Positions 16,619 through 26,979 of a stretch of DNA of 41,748 bases are shown here, one piece after another. The stretch's first letter is position 1; every line of letters begins with the position of its first letter. The translations under genes were made by a program, and so were the position numbers. The notes under the pieces are model-generated. The model did not search any database and was not told the origin of the DNA. It worked only from the letters and a program-made list of their open reading frames with translations. Origin of the DNA: Deltaproteobacteria bacterium (GTDB taxonomy: Bacteria; Desulfobacterota; JADFXK01); NCBI GenBank assembly GCA_015233055.1, contig JADFYN010000003.1, forward strand, positions 1-41,748, given 5' to 3'.

Positions 16619-17422
16619 TCAATAAATCGTCAGGCCGGCATAGCCCACAACCCGAGCGTAGTCCCCGGCCACATCACCTGAAGTGGCGTACTTGACCAGT
16701 TCGGCCTTGGTCGCACCCAGCTTGATGGCCGCGACTAAAGCAATGGTCGTGGGGATAACGCCACACATGGTAATTCCCCGGCTTCTGACTGCTTTCAATA
16801 AACCCTCAGGATCCATGGCCAGGATCCGGTCAATGGCCAGTTGATCTTTCTTTTGCGCCGAAGACTGGGATTCGAAATGGGTCATATCAGTGCTGGCCAC
16901 GATGAGCACCGGCCGCCCATATTCCTTTATCGCTTGGGCCAGACCCAGACCCACTTCCCGGCAGGACGTGTAATCAAGTCCGGACACACAAATAGGCACA
17001 ATTTGGCACTGGGGATTCAAATGCTGAATAAACGGGACCTGGACCTCCAGGGAGTGCTCGTGCAAATGGGCCGTCACGTCGTTAGCCATGAATCGAGACT
17101 GCCTGAGGACAATGTCGGCCAGGCCGGAATTGATGGCCACCAGGCCTAAAGGAGTCTCCCAGTTTCCCGATGCGTAGACGGCCACCGGTTGACCCACACC
17201 GTGGTGGTTGGGGCCCAAGATGATTACATCATTGGGGATATTAATCTTGGAGAATACTTCGCCGGCTACTCCCCCTGAATACACATATCCTGCGTGGGGA
17301 GACACAATGGCCGTCACGTCTCTCTTCTCAGCAGTCTCAATGATCATGGACTGGACCAGTGAAGAAAGTGTCCGGCCATTATCCGGGTAAAACTGTCCTG
17401 CAACAGCCGGTTTCCTGTTCAT
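16619..17422 (-). CDS. amrB: AmmeMemoRadiSam system protein B (MEMO1 family)
   Basis: RKPAVAGQFYP, PHAGYVYSG, GPNH, EHSLEVQVPF, STDMTH, TMCG and VVGYA. RBS GGAGG before the ATG at 17422. Confidence 0.94.
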   Translation of the reverse strand: MNRKPAVAGQFYPDNGRTLSSLVQSMIIETAEKRDVTAIVSPHAGYVYSGGVAGEVFSKINIPNDVIILGPNHHGVGQPVAVYASGNWETPLGLVAINSGLADIVLRQSRFMANDVTAHLHEHSLEVQVPFIQHLNPQCQIVPICVSGLDYTSCREVGLGLAQAIKEYGRPVLIVASTDMTHFESQSSAQKKDQLAIDRILAMDPEGLLKAVRSRGITMCGVIPTTIALVAAIKLGATKAELVKYATSGDVAGDYARVVGYAGLTIY

Positions 17423-17499
17423 AGGCCACCTCCTGGGGACGTCGGTTATAGAAAGTACGAATATAGACGTTATCGGCAAAAGAAAAACCGATTACTTAC

Positions 17500-17528
17500 A
17501 GTAAACCACAATTTTGGGTAAATGTCAA
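17500..17528 (-). promoter_or_regulatory. Sigma70-type promoter for amrB
   Basis: Minus strand TTGACA-17-TTTACT. Confidence 0.55.
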
Positions 17529-17626
17529 GTAAGGTTAATGTGTTGTATCCGGCATACGACTAAGAACATTTTCGCCGGTTAGCCTGGTCTGCCGGCCTTA
17601 CTCAATTGCCTATAAGACCAAAAGGG

Positions 17627-17655
17627 TTGACCTTAACCCAAGGTAGATGTAGAAT
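17627..17655 (+). promoter_or_regulatory. Sigma70-type promoter for the M48 peptidase gene
   Basis: TTGACC-17-TAGAAT. Confidence 0.55.
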
Positions 17656-17768
17656 TGTGACTGTGAAATGGATTGACCTGTGATATTGGTCGTTCTGCCG
17701 GAGGCGGACAGACTTCAGGCCGCTAAGCCCCCAAAACTATGAATGTTTGAACCCACAAAACGAATCTA

Positions 17769-19625
17769 ATGTACACTAACCTCATCTATTATTTGCTGGT
17801 CCTGCTAATCTTTAATGCCTACCAACCGCCGCGGGTGGTCAAAGGGGACGCCTGGACAGCCGTCTCCTGGCTACTGCTGGGTGTGCTTGTCTTGGTTATG
17901 GCCGGCCGGATCTATTTTCGGAAATTAGAGAAGGATATCCGTCTGGGTACCGGCCGAGGAGATCTGCATCGGCAGTATCACCAGATTATCGGCCAACTGG
18001 CCGTTATGGCCATCATTATTTTTACCCTGGATGTGTATCTGGTTCATGCCCCCCACTATTTGACCCGAATGGCGTTGTTTCGGCAGTTTGAGATTCTCCC
18101 CGGTCTGGTCGCTTTAGCCGTATTTACTTTTTACCTGGCCATAATTTGGTCTTCGGCTTATCCTTCGTACCGGGTGCTTTACCATTCCAAACAGACCAGA
18201 GGTCGCTTTGTTTGGTCCAATATCACGTTTATCCTGCCGATGATCTTCCCCTGGTTCCTTATTTCCCTGATATTTGACCTGGTTAAGCTGTTGGTCCCGG
18301 CCCAGGCGCGGATGGCCATAGCCAACCCACTTGGCCAATTGGGATTTTTTTTTGTATTTCTAGTATGTTTGGCCGTGTTCCTGCCTTATCTGATTAAGAC
18401 CTGGTGGGGTTGCCAACCCTTGCCGGCCGGTCCGGTCAGGACGGCGATTGAGGACTTCTGTGCTAAAATCGGGTTCACGTATGCCGACTTACTCCGCTGG
18501 CCCATTTTTGAGGGAAACATCATTACGGCTGGAGTAATGGGCCTGATTAAACGCTTTCGTTATGTTTTGATTACCGATTCTTTGATCAGCAGTTTGGACG
18601 TCGAAGAGATCAAGGCGGTGGTCGCCCATGAAGCAGGGCATATTAAAAAACATCATCTTCTTTTTTACCTGTTTTTTTTCATGGGCTATATGATATTGGT
18701 CTATGCCGTCTTGGACCTGATAGCCCATTGTTTACTCAGTCTCGATTTCATTTTTGATTTACTTAACTCAGTTGATGAGCAATTTCAACGAACTGTATTT
18801 TCATTAGTCTATACCTTGCCCATGATCGTCTTGTTGGTTCTCTATTTTCGATATCTTTTTGGTTTTTTTATGCGAAATTTTGAACGCCAGGCCGACTTAT
18901 ACGCCTTGGAGATTTTGCCTCAGCCGATTAGGGTGGCTACGGCCTTGGAGAAGATCGCCTTTTATAGCGGCAACATCCGCGACCTGCCGAGCTGGCACCA
19001 TTTCAGCGTCCGGGAGCGGGTCGAATACATTATAAAGTGCCTGAACAATCCCGATTGGATTACCCGACATAACCAAAAAGTCCGGCTGGCTACCCGGCTC
19101 TACACCGGAGGAGTGCTGTTGGTTTTGATTTTGGGATACATCCTGAATTTCACCAATGTCGGCGCTTCCCTAAAATCTCAAACAATGGTTAAGGCGGCCC
19201 AACGAGCCGTGTCTTTAAACCCGGCAGACGCTGACTTACGCCTGGCCGTGGCCGGACTTTACCTGGAAAGGGGTATGATCGGGCCGGCGGTTAAGGAGTA
19301 TCACCAGGTCATGGGACTTAGCCCGGGCAACGCCGAGGCCATGAATAACCTGGCCTGGATTTACGCCACGACCAAAGAAAGAGCACACTACCGGCCGAAA
19401 CTGGCTTTAGAACTGGCTCGGCGGGCGGTTAAATTAAAACCGGCGGCATATATTTATGATACTCTGGCCGAGGCCCTGTTGGCCACCGGACAGTTTCAGG
19501 AGGCCCTGGACGCGGCCCGTCAGGCCGTGCATCTTGGCGGCGACGAACGGTCCTTTTATGTCACGCGGCTGCAACGCTTTGACGCCGCGGCGCGGGAAAG
19601 GCATTATCCCGGTCCCCCGGACTAA
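17769..19625 (+). CDS. M48 (Ste24/HtpX-like) membrane zinc metalloprotease with C-terminal TPR
   Basis: Multiple TM helices, HEAGH zinc motif, ERQAD, and TPR motif AMNNLAW. Confidence 0.9.
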   Translation: MYTNLIYYLLVLLIFNAYQPPRVVKGDAWTAVSWLLLGVLVLVMAGRIYFRKLEKDIRLGTGRGDLHRQYHQIIGQLAVMAIIIFTLDVYLVHAPHYLTRMALFRQFEILPGLVALAVFTFYLAIIWSSAYPSYRVLYHSKQTRGRFVWSNITFILPMIFPWFLISLIFDLVKLLVPAQARMAIANPLGQLGFFFVFLVCLAVFLPYLIKTWWGCQPLPAGPVRTAIEDFCAKIGFTYADLLRWPIFEGNIITAGVMGLIKRFRYVLITDSLISSLDVEEIKAVVAHEAGHIKKHHLLFYLFFFMGYMILVYAVLDLIAHCLLSLDFIFDLLNSVDEQFQRTVFSLVYTLPMIVLLVLYFRYLFGFFMRNFERQADLYALEILPQPIRVATALEKIAFYSGNIRDLPSWHHFSVRERVEYIIKCLNNPDWITRHNQKVRLATRLYTGGVLLVLILGYILNFTNVGASLKSQTMVKAAQRAVSLNPADADLRLAVAGLYLERGMIGPAVKEYHQVMGLSPGNAEAMNNLAWIYATTKERAHYRPKLALELARRAVKLKPAAYIYDTLAEALLATGQFQEALDAARQAVHLGGDERSFYVTRLQRFDAAARERHYPGPPD

Positions 19626-19698
19626 GCCGGACGGCTGGAAGCTACTGCCTCATGTCATAAACAATATGGCCCATATCAAGATTAAAGAAAGGTTCAAG

Positions 19699-20673
19699 AT
19701 GCCTGTAAAGATTTTCTCCCGGGAGGATTTTATCAGCCAAGGCGGGTTGCAGAGCCGCCCCTGGCACCACAATTACCTGGCCATGTATAATAGCCTGATC
19801 GACGGTATCGTGACCGACCCGGCTTTGATGGTGATACCTTTGGATGACCACATGGTCCACCGCAGTGATGGCGTCTTCGAGGCATTTAAATGCGTTAACG
19901 GTAATATCTACAACCTGGAGCGGCATCTGGAGCGGCTGGACAAGTCGGCTGAAGCCATATTCTTAAATCTGCCCGTGTCTCGGGATACTCTTAGGAATTT
20001 GGTAGTCGAGACAACTCGGGCCGGAGGAAAAAGGGAAGCCGTGATTAGAATCTTCATTTCCCGCGGGCCGGGAGGATTCTCCGTTGATCCCACTGAACCT
20101 CCCGCCGCCCAGGTGTATATCGTCGTGACGACCCTGGTCACCCCAGACAATACCGATTTTGAACAAGGGATACCGGCGATCACCGTCCAGGTGCCGCTTA
20201 AACCGTCATTTTTTGCCAATATTAAGGCCACCAATTATTTACCCAACATGTTGGTCAAGTTGGCCGCCAAAAAGGCCGGGGTGACCTTCGCCATTGCCCT
20301 AGACGAGAATAACTGCCTGACTGAAGGGGCAACCGAAAGCGTGGCCGTAGTCGACCGGCAGGGCCGCCTGATCACCCCGGAGTTGGATAAGATCATCAAG
20401 GGGACCACAGCCTGCCGGGTGATGGAACTGGCTGACGACCTGGCCCGACAAGGAAAAATGCCCAGCCCCCAGTTTGGTTCTATTCCTTTAGCCGAGACCT
20501 ATCGGGCCGGCGAGGTCATGTTTCTGGGGACTTCCATCGATATTCTACCGGTGGTCAACCTGGACGGGAAAAAGATTGGAACGGGCCAACCCGGTCCTGT
20601 TTATCGGCTGCTGCGGGAAACTTTCTTGAAAGACATTTACGAAAACAAAGATTTTTTGACCCCGGTCTTTTAA
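19699..20673 (+). CDS. Class IV PLP aminotransferase (D-amino acid transaminase / aminodeoxychorismate lyase-like)
   Basis: DDHMVHRSDGVFE, HLERL, IKATNYL (PLP lysine), EG and GTT motifs. Start set after RBS GAAAGG. Confidence 0.9.
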   Translation: MPVKIFSREDFISQGGLQSRPWHHNYLAMYNSLIDGIVTDPALMVIPLDDHMVHRSDGVFEAFKCVNGNIYNLERHLERLDKSAEAIFLNLPVSRDTLRNLVVETTRAGGKREAVIRIFISRGPGGFSVDPTEPPAAQVYIVVTTLVTPDNTDFEQGIPAITVQVPLKPSFFANIKATNYLPNMLVKLAAKKAGVTFAIALDENNCLTEGATESVAVVDRQGRLITPELDKIIKGTTACRVMELADDLARQGKMPSPQFGSIPLAETYRAGEVMFLGTSIDILPVVNLDGKKIGTGQPGPVYRLLRETFLKDIYENKDFLTPVF

Positions 20674-20749
20674 CACGGAACACGGAACGGAATACCCCCA
20701 GCGCAGGAGAATATTCATGCCCAAATCCGGGACGAGAGGTTCCGATGCA

Positions 20750-20802
20750 AAATCTGTGGATACATTTCTGCCTCCTAATTAATTAAACTCGTCGAATTCA
20801 GG
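20750..20802. mobile_element. Short terminal fragment of the CCTGAGTTCGA-TIR MITE family
   Basis: aaatctgtggatacatttct...aattaattaaactcgtcgaattcagg matches the right end of the other three copies. Confidence 0.7.
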
Positions 20803-20845
20803 TCAATTAACATCGAAGGAACAATTTGAAGTCGATCCAGAACCC

Positions 20846-23800
20846 ATGAGCCGGACCATAAAGAGAATAATAATTTACGCGGGGCTGGCCGGCCTGATCT
20901 TGGCCGTGTCTGCGACCTACCTGGCTGATCGGGTCATCAACCGTCCTGAAAACCTGGCGCGCCTAAACCGGACCTTGGAATCCTACCTGGGTCACCAGGT
21001 GTCATTCAGCCGTTTGGAGACATCGCTTTGGGGCGGGGTTTTGCTAAAGGCGCATAAGGTCAGCCTCTCCGACCCCGCAACCGGATTCAATTGCATTGCC
21101 AAGTCGGTGGCCATCGGTCTGGATATCCTGGCGCTGCTTAATTTTGAGACGAAACCCGAATCTCTGGTGTTCGATTCTCCCTCCATCCAGATGACCACGA
21201 ACTCAGGTCCGGGTCAAAAAGAGACGGAGTCCGGGGCCATCCCCTTCCCCGGCCCATGTCTGGATGGACTCCATCGGGTTATCATCAAGCACGGCCGCGT
21301 CAATTGGCGGATTCAGGGTCCCGCTTCAGCGGCTGGTGACTTATCGTTTTCCGATGTCTACCTGGATGCCGGCTTGACTAATCAGGACAAGTGTTCCTTT
21401 CACCTGTCCTGCCTGGCCGGAGCTTCTCCCGCTTCGGGGCAATTGCGTTTGTCGGGCAAATTGGTCAGGCTGCCCGGCCCGTCGCCGAATAAGGATCATT
21501 GGACGGCCCAACTCTCCATTGACCTGGCCGGGTGGGACGTGATGCCCTTTAAGCCTATTTTTCCCGGAATCGATCACCTCTTCGAGCAAGTCGGTCCGGT
21601 CTCCGCCTCATTAAAATACACCGTGACCAAGGAATCCCAACACCACATCCAGGGTATGATCAAGTCCGGCCAGACCACCCTCAACCTCAACGGCTACCGG
21701 CCCACCTTGAGCAAACTGGTGGTCAGAGGTGAGGCTACCCTGGCCGACGGGGCAGTCAAGGTAAGCGGTCTAAAGCTGGCCTCCAGTGAGTTGAATCTCT
21801 CGGGAGATCTGCTGGTCGGCGCGGTGACCGATCCACGGGCCCGCGTAATCGGCCACTTTCGACTTAACCCCATGCCCTACGACGAGGCATTGCGTCTTAC
21901 CCCCACCGGATTATTCAAGGAATGGATTTCCCGGGATATCCTGTTTCGGTTGAACAGCGGCCGGGTATCCATTAATCAGGCTGACTTTGATGTACCCCGG
22001 AAATCAGCCGGTGACGGGCAAGCCTGGGGCCGGGGGTTACGGATAAATGTGCTTTTTGATGGTATAGAAGCGCATCCTGGGGAAGGAATCCCTCCTTTCA
22101 CCCGCCTATCCGGGCAGGCCGGGTTGGCCTATGGACACATGGTGTTCAAACGGGTGAGTGCTGTCCAGGGCAAGAACCGGGTTCGAGATTTCGAACTGTC
22201 ACTGGAGAATGTTTTTTTCAACTGCCGGCCCGGATTCTCTACCAGATGTGACTTTGAACTCAAAGACATCAAGACCCTGGCCACCGCCTCCATGGTTCCT
22301 AAAGGACTGCAAACCTGGATGGACGGGTTCCAGTCTCTGTCCGGGGCCATTGCCGGCCGGTTAACCTTTAAACAGACACCCACGGCGCCCATCGCGGCCG
22401 GCCGGTTTCGGCTAAATCAAGTATCCTTTACCAGAGATGACTTTCCTTTGCCGGTGCGGGATTTGACCGGCCTGGTCAGCCCCGAAAATAAGGATATGGT
22501 TTTCGATCAGATATCGGGCCGGCTGGGTGATTCCCAACTAAGCGTCAATGGCCGGATTCAAAATTTCTTTTCACCAAACCGGGACTACCAGGTGACTGTG
22601 CAGGGTCGGGCCAGGTTGGGTGAGTTATTGAAAGCCTGGCCGGCCGTGGCGCCTGACTGGCTGCTGGCCTCCGGTGACCAGGAGGTGAGCTATGTCCACC
22701 ATGGGCCCTTGTCCGGGTTTGGGTTTAAGGGACATACGTCTTTGAAGGGACTGACGTTGACGGGTCCGGGTTGGAGCCTGGCGCTTCCCAGCGAGACAGA
22801 CGCGTTGCTTTTGGAAGGCACCTGGGATGGCCAGTCCGGTCTGCTTGAGGTTGAACGGGCGGAGTTGACCGCTAAGAAATCTTTAGGATCGGCGAAAGGC
22901 AAAATCGACTGCGGCTCGGACGGTCAGGTAGACGTGTCCTTGACCAGCTCCGGTTTGGACCTGGCCGACCTGAACCTGTCTGCCGGGACCCAACACCTGC
23001 CTGCCACCGGCCGAATTGCGGGGCACATTTCCCTCACCGGCCCGAGATCAAACCTGACAGTCAAATCCGGCCGGGGAAACTTCACTCTGGACCAAATTTC
23101 CTTACCGGCCGTCTACACTCCTGAGGCCATAAAGTTATCAGGAAAAGTCAGCCTGGATGACCAAGGGGTGCATCTGAAAAACTGGAGGGGTCAGGTGGGG
23201 CAGAGTGACCTGGCCATATCCGGGACCCTGGATCGGCTGAATAAACCACGGGGACAGTTGGAGATCACAGGGGAGACACTCCGCAAGGATGATTTCATTG
23301 CATCTGGAACCAGCCCCGCAGAGTTGTCTCGGTTTTGGAATTTTCTCAATGACACAAACATCTCCAGCCAGATCAAATTCCACCGGGTCCTCTATGGCCA
23401 GGCTGGATACAAAGACGTGTCGGGCCGTTTGGGTTTAAAGGAAGGACAGGTGGTCTGGGCCCCATTTTCTCTGGAGGTCAGCCGGACCAGGTTGGCCGGT
23501 GAAATGAAAATCTTGCTGCCGCCACGCCGCGGTTTCCAGGCGGAGGTGGATGTGAAGGCCGCGGAAGATAAAATCGAGGAAATTGTCTCGGCTTTGGGTT
23601 TTCCGGATAAAACCCTTTCGGGCAAAATATCGCTTAACGGCCACCTGGCCGGCCAAAGTTATGATTCCGTACCATTTGTGAACGCCCTGGCCGGAACCCT
23701 GGCGGTTGAGGCCGACACGGTCTCCATGAAGAGTTTCAAGACGTTAATTCTTATACTTAATTACTTGAACGAGTCGCAGGCCCTACCACGGGACTTCCCC

Positions 23801-24226
23801 GACCCGGCCAAGGAAGGCTTGCGTTTCACCCAAATGAAATGTAACCTGTTGATAAAGGACGGAATTGCTCGAAGTGAAGATTTCTTTTTGGATAGTCCGG
23901 ACATCCGCTGTCTGGCCGAAGGAAACATCCGGTTAAAAGATCAAGAGCTTGATCTCTCGGTAGGGGTTCTGCCATTGCGCATGATGGACAAAGTGGTTTC
24001 TCACATCCCCATTGCCGGCTATATTCTGACTGGAGAGAACAAAAACCTGGTAGCCTTCTATTTTAAGGTTACCGGCCGGCCCGGACAAACAAAGGTAGAA
24101 CCGGTGAGCATCAGCCCCATGGGCGGCGGCTTCCTCAACATGCTCAAACGCCTGGTCACCACTCCTTTCCGCCTTCTGTCCCTTGATCAGCCGGACAAAA
24201 AAAGCCCACCCGAAAAAAAGCCCTAG
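20846..24226 (+). CDS. AsmA-like / YhdP-type envelope protein
   Basis: Single N-terminal TM anchor, long beta-rich repeats, and an AsmA-like C-terminus (IKDGIARSEDFFLDS...IPIAGYILTG). Confidence 0.85.
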   Translation: MSRTIKRIIIYAGLAGLILAVSATYLADRVINRPENLARLNRTLESYLGHQVSFSRLETSLWGGVLLKAHKVSLSDPATGFNCIAKSVAIGLDILALLNFETKPESLVFDSPSIQMTTNSGPGQKETESGAIPFPGPCLDGLHRVIIKHGRVNWRIQGPASAAGDLSFSDVYLDAGLTNQDKCSFHLSCLAGASPASGQLRLSGKLVRLPGPSPNKDHWTAQLSIDLAGWDVMPFKPIFPGIDHLFEQVGPVSASLKYTVTKESQHHIQGMIKSGQTTLNLNGYRPTLSKLVVRGEATLADGAVKVSGLKLASSELNLSGDLLVGAVTDPRARVIGHFRLNPMPYDEALRLTPTGLFKEWISRDILFRLNSGRVSINQADFDVPRKSAGDGQAWGRGLRINVLFDGIEAHPGEGIPPFTRLSGQAGLAYGHMVFKRVSAVQGKNRVRDFELSLENVFFNCRPGFSTRCDFELKDIKTLATASMVPKGLQTWMDGFQSLSGAIAGRLTFKQTPTAPIAAGRFRLNQVSFTRDDFPLPVRDLTGLVSPENKDMVFDQISGRLGDSQLSVNGRIQNFFSPNRDYQVTVQGRARLGELLKAWPAVAPDWLLASGDQEVSYVHHGPLSGFGFKGHTSLKGLTLTGPGWSLALPSETDALLLEGTWDGQSGLLEVERAELTAKKSLGSAKGKIDCGSDGQVDVSLTSSGLDLADLNLSAGTQHLPATGRIAGHISLTGPRSNLTVKSGRGNFTLDQISLPAVYTPEAIKLSGKVSLDDQGVHLKNWRGQVGQSDLAISGTLDRLNKPRGQLEITGETLRKDDFIASGTSPAELSRFWNFLNDTNISSQIKFHRVLYGQAGYKDVSGRLGLKEGQVVWAPFSLEVSRTRLAGEMKILLPPRRGFQAEVDVKAAEDKIEEIVSALGFPDKTLSGKISLNGHLAGQSYDSVPFVNALAGTLAVEADTVSMKSFKTLILILNYLNESQALPRDFPDPAKEGLRFTQMKCNLLIKDGIARSEDFFLDSPDIRCLAEGNIRLKDQELDLSVGVLPLRMMDKVVSHIPIAGYILTGENKNLVAFYFKVTGRPGQTKVEPVSISPMGGGFLNMLKRLVTTPFRLLSLDQPDKKSPPEKKP

Positions 24227-24312
24227 TTTGGGATGATCCGGTGCAAAGAATTCCAGCAAGCTACTCCGGTCAAAATTTTCGTGCAGTCGCCCTTAACCAC
24301 ATATTTCAGGGG

Positions 24313-24341
24313 TTGAGTTATCGTCCTTTATCTGTTATACT
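24313..24341 (+). promoter_or_regulatory. Sigma70-type promoter
   Basis: TTGAGT-17-TATACT with a TG extended -10. Confidence 0.55.
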
Positions 24342-24413
24342 CCAGAGCAAGATTGTTGATTACATCCATTCCCTCCCTCCCCATCCTAATGCCGAATACC
24401 GACCGGAGCCATC

Positions 24414-25319
24414 ATGAAAGAAAAAGCCGAAGCCATGATTTTGGGCTCTTTCCTGGGAGATTCGCTCGCCCTGGGGGCCCACTGGATTTACGATCAAAAG
24501 CAATTAGCCGAGAGATTTGGCCGGGTTGACTCTTTGCGGAAACCAACTCCGGATTCCTACCATCCGACTAAAGATGCGGGAGAATTCACCCATTACGGTG
24601 ACCAGACACTGGTCTTGCTCCAATCTTTGGCCGCGGCCAAGGGGTTCGATCCGGCCGACTTCTCCGTTAACTGGAAAAAATCATTTGATAATTACCGAGG
24701 GTACATCGACCGGGCCACCCGCCAGACCCTGGACAATTTCGCTGGGGGAGCCAACCCGACGGGTTCAGGATCTCCATCCCATGACTTGGCCGGCGCCTCC
24801 CGTATCGCCCCGCTGATCTACCGGTACCGCAATGACCTCGATGCCCTGGTCCAGGCTGGGCGATCTCAAACAACCATGACTCACAACGATCCATTTGTTA
24901 TTGATTCCGCCGAGTATTTCGCCCGAGTCACCCACCGGGTGCTCCAGGGTGGTTCGCCGGTGGAGAGCATGGACCTGGTCGCTCAGGAACACTTCCCCAA
25001 GTCAACGATCTCCAGATTGGTTCAAGCCGGATTGGACTCGAAACAGGAGGATAGTCTGACGGCCATCGCCCGGTTCGGTCAAAGTTGCGCGGCGGAATCG
25101 GCTTTTCCGGGGGTTGTCCAGTTGCTGGCCAGGCATGAGCAGGACTTCTCCTCCGGCCTCATCGACTGCGTCATGGCGGGAGGGGACTCAGCCGGACGGG
25201 GCATGTTGGTCGGGATGGTCTTAGGCGCGCACCTGGGCCTGGCCGGCTTGCCCCGGGAATGGCTGAACACGCTTAAAAAATATGACGAAATACTGAGGCT
25301 TCTAACCAGTCTGGAATAA
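24414..25319 (+). CDS. ADP-ribosylglycohydrolase family protein
   Basis: GSFLGDSLALG.HW.Y, THYGDQ, MTH and AGGDSAGR motifs. Confidence 0.88.
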   Translation: MKEKAEAMILGSFLGDSLALGAHWIYDQKQLAERFGRVDSLRKPTPDSYHPTKDAGEFTHYGDQTLVLLQSLAAAKGFDPADFSVNWKKSFDNYRGYIDRATRQTLDNFAGGANPTGSGSPSHDLAGASRIAPLIYRYRNDLDALVQAGRSQTTMTHNDPFVIDSAEYFARVTHRVLQGGSPVESMDLVAQEHFPKSTISRLVQAGLDSKQEDSLTAIARFGQSCAAESAFPGVVQLLARHEQDFSSGLIDCVMAGGDSAGRGMLVGMVLGAHLGLAGLPREWLNTLKKYDEILRLLTSLE

Positions 25320-25414
25320 CCTGGGAGCCTATCTTGGAGCTGTTTATACTTTGAAGAGCATCATTGGAATTCTTGAAGGAGCCTGTTGCTGCTTAATTAT
25401 ACTTTGACCGACAA

Positions 25415-25630
25415 TCAGGCGGCCAGGCTTTTAAGAGTTACCGAGAGTGGTTTTCCTCGTTCCAAGGCGCTCACTTTCAATATGGAAAAGCCAAGAATAT
25501 TTCCGTCCTCATCTACCTTCTCCATGACCGCATCATTCTCAGTTTCTTTAAAGTAGCCTTCTTTTCTTTCAAAAAGGACTTCCAGGTAGTCTGCTTCCTG
25601 ATCGTACCAAACCTTTACTTCCTTTCCCAC
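25415..25630 (-). CDS. DUF2283-family small protein (putative antitoxin)
   Basis: VKVWYDQEADYLEVLF...DEDGNILGFSIL pattern. GTG start. Confidence 0.85.
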   Translation of the reverse strand: MGKEVKVWYDQEADYLEVLFERKEGYFKETENDAVMEKVDEDGNILGFSILKVSALERGKPLSVTLKSLAA

Positions 25631-25647
25631 AGCATTTCCCCTTTCTT
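25615..25647 (-). pseudogene. Residual last 10 codons of the upstream partner (toxin-like) gene
   Basis: KKGEMLWERK-stop overlaps the DUF2283 start. It resembles the C-terminus of genes normally coupled to DUF2283, and there is no room for the rest of the gene. Confidence 0.5.
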
Positions 25648-25694
25648 TGCTGATTGAATTAGATTTCGGCTTTGGCGGCTCCAGCCTGGCCGCC

Positions 25695-26762
25695 TCAGAT
25701 CAAGGGCTTGACCACTTCCCGGATGCGGCCGGTGGTGATCAGATCATGCCATAAGCTACCAAACTCCATCGATTTGTCTATAATTTCATTCCACAGCCTG
25801 GCCCGCTCTTGGGGACGATGATAGAATTCCCGATAGTCAGTCCGGTCCGGGGCCCGACCCCGCGGGACAGCCGCCATAAAGGCAGGCCCAGGGCAGACTA
25901 ACAAAACGTTTTCCAGGTACTCGGCCATCGGCCGCCGGCCAGGCAACCGTTTATCCAGCCAGACGGGGACCAGGCGCGGGCCATGGTTTAAAATTAAGGT
26001 AATTCCATTGGGATCAGTGATATACCGGGCATTAAGATAGTACTCGGCCAGGCCGGCGTCCTGGTAACTACCCGGAGGAGCCCCAGGAATAGACGTCACC
26101 CCGGGCACGGCCAATGGTACCGCCCCGGACGCCAACAGGGCTTGACGGAGATTTTCCGGATTGAGAGTCACCCGCCGCCCCAACCCCTCGGCGCCATTCG
26201 TGACGGCCCCGGGGGCACAGAAAGTAACCCGCTCGATTAAACTCTCCGTCCTGCCCCGCCACAGCAGGTTAACGGCTCCGGCCAGGCCATAGCCCAGCCG
26301 GCGGATTGTGGAAGATTCGGAGGCCAGCAGCGACTTGACCCTGGCCGTGGTGACGACCAGGCGAAATATCGGATGGGACAGCACCTCAGTCTCGGCTTCT
26401 GGAGGCATAAACCGGTCAATGGCCTGGACCAGTTCATTGGTGCGGTCTTCCGGAGTATCAGTGCTTTTAAACATCATGTCCACATAGGCGGCCCGGAATG
26501 CGGCCAGAGCCTTAATCGGATCAGATCGGCACCAGGCCGTCATCCGCCATGAACCGGCGGAGCCCCCGGCCAGTAGCACCGGGCCGTCACCCCGAAGCAA
26601 CCCGGATTCCAGCAGAGCCACGTCGAGGCCGGCGAAAGCCATCCATCTCGGTCCGGTAGCCGGCCCAACCACGGCCTTAATGGCTCCAGGGGTCAATCCT
26701 TCTTCCCTAATTCTATTGATAATCCGGGGCCCGGCCAGCACCGTCAAAAGTTGGCTATCCAT
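25695..26762 (-). CDS. Patatin-like phospholipase family protein
   Basis: GPATGPRW oxyanion region, GGSAG nucleophile elbow, and DAG acid motif. Confidence 0.82.
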   Translation of the reverse strand: MDSQLLTVLAGPRIINRIREEGLTPGAIKAVVGPATGPRWMAFAGLDVALLESGLLRGDGPVLLAGGSAGSWRMTAWCRSDPIKALAAFRAAYVDMMFKSTDTPEDRTNELVQAIDRFMPPEAETEVLSHPIFRLVVTTARVKSLLASESSTIRRLGYGLAGAVNLLWRGRTESLIERVTFCAPGAVTNGAEGLGRRVTLNPENLRQALLASGAVPLAVPGVTSIPGAPPGSYQDAGLAEYYLNARYITDPNGITLILNHGPRLVPVWLDKRLPGRRPMAEYLENVLLVCPGPAFMAAVPRGRAPDRTDYREFYHRPQERARLWNEIIDKSMEFGSLWHDLITTGRIREVVKPLI

Positions 26763-26979
26763 AATATTGTCCTGTCATCCCTTCCTCCCTCAACGTACCC
26801 GCACCGAACATTAATTTGGAGTTCTTTTGGGCCGCGTCAATCCACTAACCAGGCGAATATGCCCTACCCGGCTTTAATCGACGCCGCGGCGAGCACCAGT
26901 TTTTTGTTTACTCATTAGGGTTACTCATTGAAGACAACCAGAAACCAGCACCGAGTGACGGGCAACTCCCGGCGGCCGG

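Noticed and set aside
19456-19698. N-terminal extension of the aminotransferase in the ORF track
   Set aside because: It overlaps the M48 gene, and a better RBS and ATG lie at 19699.
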